Assembly (NCBI GenBank): GCA_937873525.1
Contig: CALMWJ010000134.1
Coordinates: 1-53,150, forward strand
Length of the DNA: 53,150 nt
Source of the DNA: an uncultured Peptococcaceae bacterium
Lineage (GTDB): Bacteria; Bacillota; Peptococcia; DRI-13; UBA5745
Direction of reading: 5' to 3'
Positions 51,378 to 53,150 of this stretch are shown piece after piece. Each line of letters starts with the position of its first letter. Within the stretch, counting starts at the first letter, position 1. The notes under the pieces were generated by a model that saw only the letters and a list, made by a program, of their open reading frames with translations, was not told where the DNA came from and did not search any database. The position numbers and the translations under genes are program-made.

Positions 51378-51539
51378 TCAATATGGCGTTAAAGCGTAAA
51401 GGTATGAATAGACCAGGTATAGGATTGCGATGAGAATCAGTGCAATGACGGACAAGATTGTATAGGTATTTTGGCTCTGAACGACTCCAAAAATCAAACC
51501 GATAAGCGAAAGAAGGATTAAACCAATACCGAGAATCAT
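51378..51539 (-). CDS. Unlisted 53-aa two-helix hydrophobic protein
   Basis: My own translation gives MILGIGLILLSLIGLIFGVVQSQNTYTILSVIALILIAILYLVYSYLYALTPY-stop. AAGGAG RBS 9 nt upstream. Below the ORF-track cutoff. Confidence 0.55.
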   Translation of the reverse strand: MILGIGLILLSLIGLIFGVVQSQNTYTILSVIALILIAILYLVYSYLYALTPY

Positions 51540-51694
51540 AAACCAAATCTCCTTTTAAACCAGGTAAGATCGCATTACTGAACCGCTGGAAACGCAGATC
51601 GTTCAGAGGCTATCTTAATTATGAGCCAAGAAACAGCCTAAAACAACAGAAATAAACAACAGCCAGTCGCAGGCCTTTGGCTTGCCATTCGCGC

Positions 51695-51724
51695 TTGACA
51701 CCACAATCCAAAGGATGTTATACT
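51695..51724 (+). promoter_or_regulatory. Near-consensus sigma-A promoter with no downstream ORF
   Basis: TTGACA, 18 nt, TATACT with a TG extended -10 (TGTTATACT). Confidence 0.6.
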
Positions 51725-51730
51725 GCAAAA

Positions 51731-51887
51731 AACAAAAAAGACAGTTCATTTGCACCATCCTGTCTCAAAATAAAACTAGGGCTGATATTTTGTAATTTTG
51801 GATAAGAGAATATGTGTCGCATCACAGAAATATCTTATGAACCAAGATAAAAAAGCAGGCTAAGTTTTATGCCTGCTTTTTTTATTA
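51731..51887 (+). ncRNA. Candidate small RNA (about 155 nt) between promoter and terminator
   Basis: Bracketed by the promoter at 51695..51724 and the terminator at 51849..51887. Only a 12-codon ORF with a poor RBS lies inside. I see no match to a riboswitch class I recognise. Confidence 0.4.
51849..51887. terminator. Intrinsic terminator (A-run / T-run flanked)
   Basis: AAAAAAGCAGGC, 10-nt loop, GCCTGCTTTTTTT. Confidence 0.75.
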
Positions 51888-52054
51888 TTTTCTGAGGCCA
51901 TGGGGGACAAGCGGTGTTTCAGCAGCCGGGATGCTTTTCATGAAACAACAAAGTGCAGAAAGATTGGCAATGCATAGGACCCATAATTAAGGAAACCCTT
52001 TGAGAAGCAGATGAACATACTATTTATGCACCAGATCAGCCACGAAGAGGGGGA

Positions 52055-52258
52055 TTGAACATGAGAAACAGACTTTCTGAAATTCGCAAGAGCCTTAGAG
52101 TGAAACAATACGATCTTGCAGCGGCGCTTGGGGTCACAAGGCAAACCATGTGCGCCATTGAAAAGGGGCACTGGGACCCTTCGATACGATTGGCCTACCG
52201 AATTGCCAAACACTTTGACAAACAGATCGAGGATGTGTTTATTTTTGAAGAAAATTGA
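52055..52258 (+). CDS. Small XRE-family helix-turn-helix transcriptional regulator (67 aa)
   Basis: LSEIRKSLRVKQYDLAAALGVTRQTMCAIEKGHWDPSIRLAYRIAKHF is a classic Cro/C1 HTH. Confidence 0.85.
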   Translation: MNMRNRLSEIRKSLRVKQYDLAAALGVTRQTMCAIEKGHWDPSIRLAYRIAKHFDKQIEDVFIFEEN

Positions 52259-52294
52259 TTCGTATGGCTTCGAGCTATTCACTTCAGCCATACT

Positions 52295-52336
52295 TCAAAG
52301 GCCACGGTCCGACAACGGGCGTGGCCTTTGATATTT
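52295..52336. terminator. Hairpin terminator between the convergent XRE and RNHCP genes
   Basis: Perfect 11-bp stem CAAAGGCCACG / CGTGGCCTTTG, followed by ATATTTT. Confidence 0.65.
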
Positions 52337-52370
52337 TCGATAGACTTAGGCTGAGCATGCCTTGCTGATT

Positions 52371-52796
52371 TTAGCGCAGGCAGCCTTCGCCGCCCATGAG
52401 GGCGGTCAATTCTTCGATGCGCTCCAGGGGGAAGGGCGGGTCGCTCAATGGCTTCAACGCGATGGACATCAGCTTCATCGGGTTGTCGTCCGCAGCGACC
52501 CGGTTTGAACTTAAATGTCCGCACCGCTGGCAGCGATGGATGATTGCCCACTCTCCATTCTTTCTGACCCACACACCGATGGGCTCCATGATGCCGCCGC
52601 AATCGGAGGCACGGTCACCCGGTTTTTGATCCACATGAAGGCTTGAAAGACAGTTCGGGCAATGATTCCGATGCTCGCTTGCGGCGCCCTCCGGAAGGAC
52701 CGGGCGGCCGCATACTTTGCAGGTAAAGCTGTCCTTGCAGGCATGGTTCCGATAGTAACCTTTTGAGTATAGTTTTCTTTTATTTTCTCGATTCAC
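52371..52796 (-). CDS. RNHCP domain-containing zinc-ribbon protein
   Basis: CKVCG...EHRNHCPNC...CQRCGH cysteine pairs. GTG 52796 sits 8 nt after a GGAGG RBS. The ORF-track start at 52811 is a TTG inside or upstream of the RBS. Confidence 0.75.
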   Translation of the reverse strand: MNRENKRKLYSKGYYRNHACKDSFTCKVCGRPVLPEGAASEHRNHCPNCLSSLHVDQKPGDRASDCGGIMEPIGVWVRKNGEWAIIHRCQRCGHLSSNRVAADDNPMKLMSIALKPLSDPPFPLERIEELTALMGGEGCLR

Positions 52797-53150
52797 GAAA
52801 TTAACCTCCAAGTCGTTGATTGATGCAACGGATGGGAGGTCTTGCAGAGATTAGTCGATGCAAGCCTCCCGGCTTGCAACAATCTCCATGGATGTTTTGA
52901 TTTTCAAAAAAATTCTCCTTTTTTCTGCTTTTGCCGTCCAAAGCCGGCTAACAACAGTATAGCAAATGGTGATATAATTTCAATAATCAAAGCTTACGCC
53001 AGGAAAAAAACCGTCTTGATCCATTTTTATAGCCATGTCCCCGCAATAGATCGAAGCGCAAAAGAGGCGGCCGGGAAATTCCCTCATTTGCAACCGCCGG
53101 TTGCGAAGATTCCAAGCCGGCTTTATAGATTGTAAACAGGCAAAGGATGT

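Noticed and set aside
51807-51845. A 12-codon ORF (MCRITEISYEPR) inside the candidate sRNA.
   Set aside because: It has only a weak purine-rich stretch as an RBS and there is no way to assess conservation. I kept it as a caveat rather than calling a CDS.
51938-52291. A 117-aa minus-strand ORF.
   Set aside because: It fully overlaps the XRE-family HTH gene on the plus strand, which has an unmistakable Cro/C1 motif. The minus-strand product has no recognisable features and would run into the terminator at 51849..51887.
52842-53135. A 97-aa plus-strand ORF at the window end.
   Set aside because: It has no RBS and lies in AT-rich, repeat-containing intergenic-looking DNA upstream of the RNHCP gene. 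Its composition is not coding-like. A TGATATAAT extended -10 near 52966 may instead drive a gene beyond the window.

Overview
No database search was possible, so all product calls rest on motif and family recognition from the supplied translations plus my own reading of the intergenic DNA. The window is a chromosomal segment of a moderately GC-rich, Clostridia-like Bacillota genome. It covers the ribosomal-protein supercluster: the tuf 3' end, the S10-spc-alpha operons from rpsJ to rplQ including secY, adk, infA, the unlisted rpmJ and rpoA, then ecfA1-ecfA2-ecfT-truA. After that come an ilvD-ilvB-ilvN-ilvC operon with a second acetolactate synthase, a DUF881-sbp-DUF881 module, cdaA-cdaR-glmM, acpS, nnr, an amidohydrolase, the t6A genes tsaE-tsaB-rimI-tsaD, a three-gene uncharacterised locus, CIRCE-controlled groES-groEL, and a small accessory tail. 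Canonical synteny is broken in several places. A TAXI-TRAP transporter sits between tuf and rpsJ. The map gene is absent between adk and infA. An inverted nrdD-nrdG pair sits between rplQ and ecfA1. Secreted and NYN-domain genes sit where rplM-rpsI usually follow truA. The most interesting signals follow.
1. A dense cluster of five DnaA boxes lies immediately downstream of tsaD, positionally like the B. subtilis gcp-ydiF DnaA-box cluster.
2. Those boxes abut a strong promoter for an uncharacterised operon. It encodes a 146-aa protein, a GidA/TrmFO-like flavoprotein with an inserted C-x6-C-x2-C-x3-CP motif, and possibly a RidA protein.
3. A near-consensus promoter and intrinsic terminator bracket about 155 nt with no credible ORF, a candidate sRNA. 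It is next to an unlisted 53-aa two-helix membrane ORF.
4. A perfect 18-bp palindrome built from GTATAC lies just upstream of the ilvD promoter, and a related TGTATACA sits at the same offset from the TRAP promoter.
I saw no rRNA, tRNA, CRISPR array or transposase.
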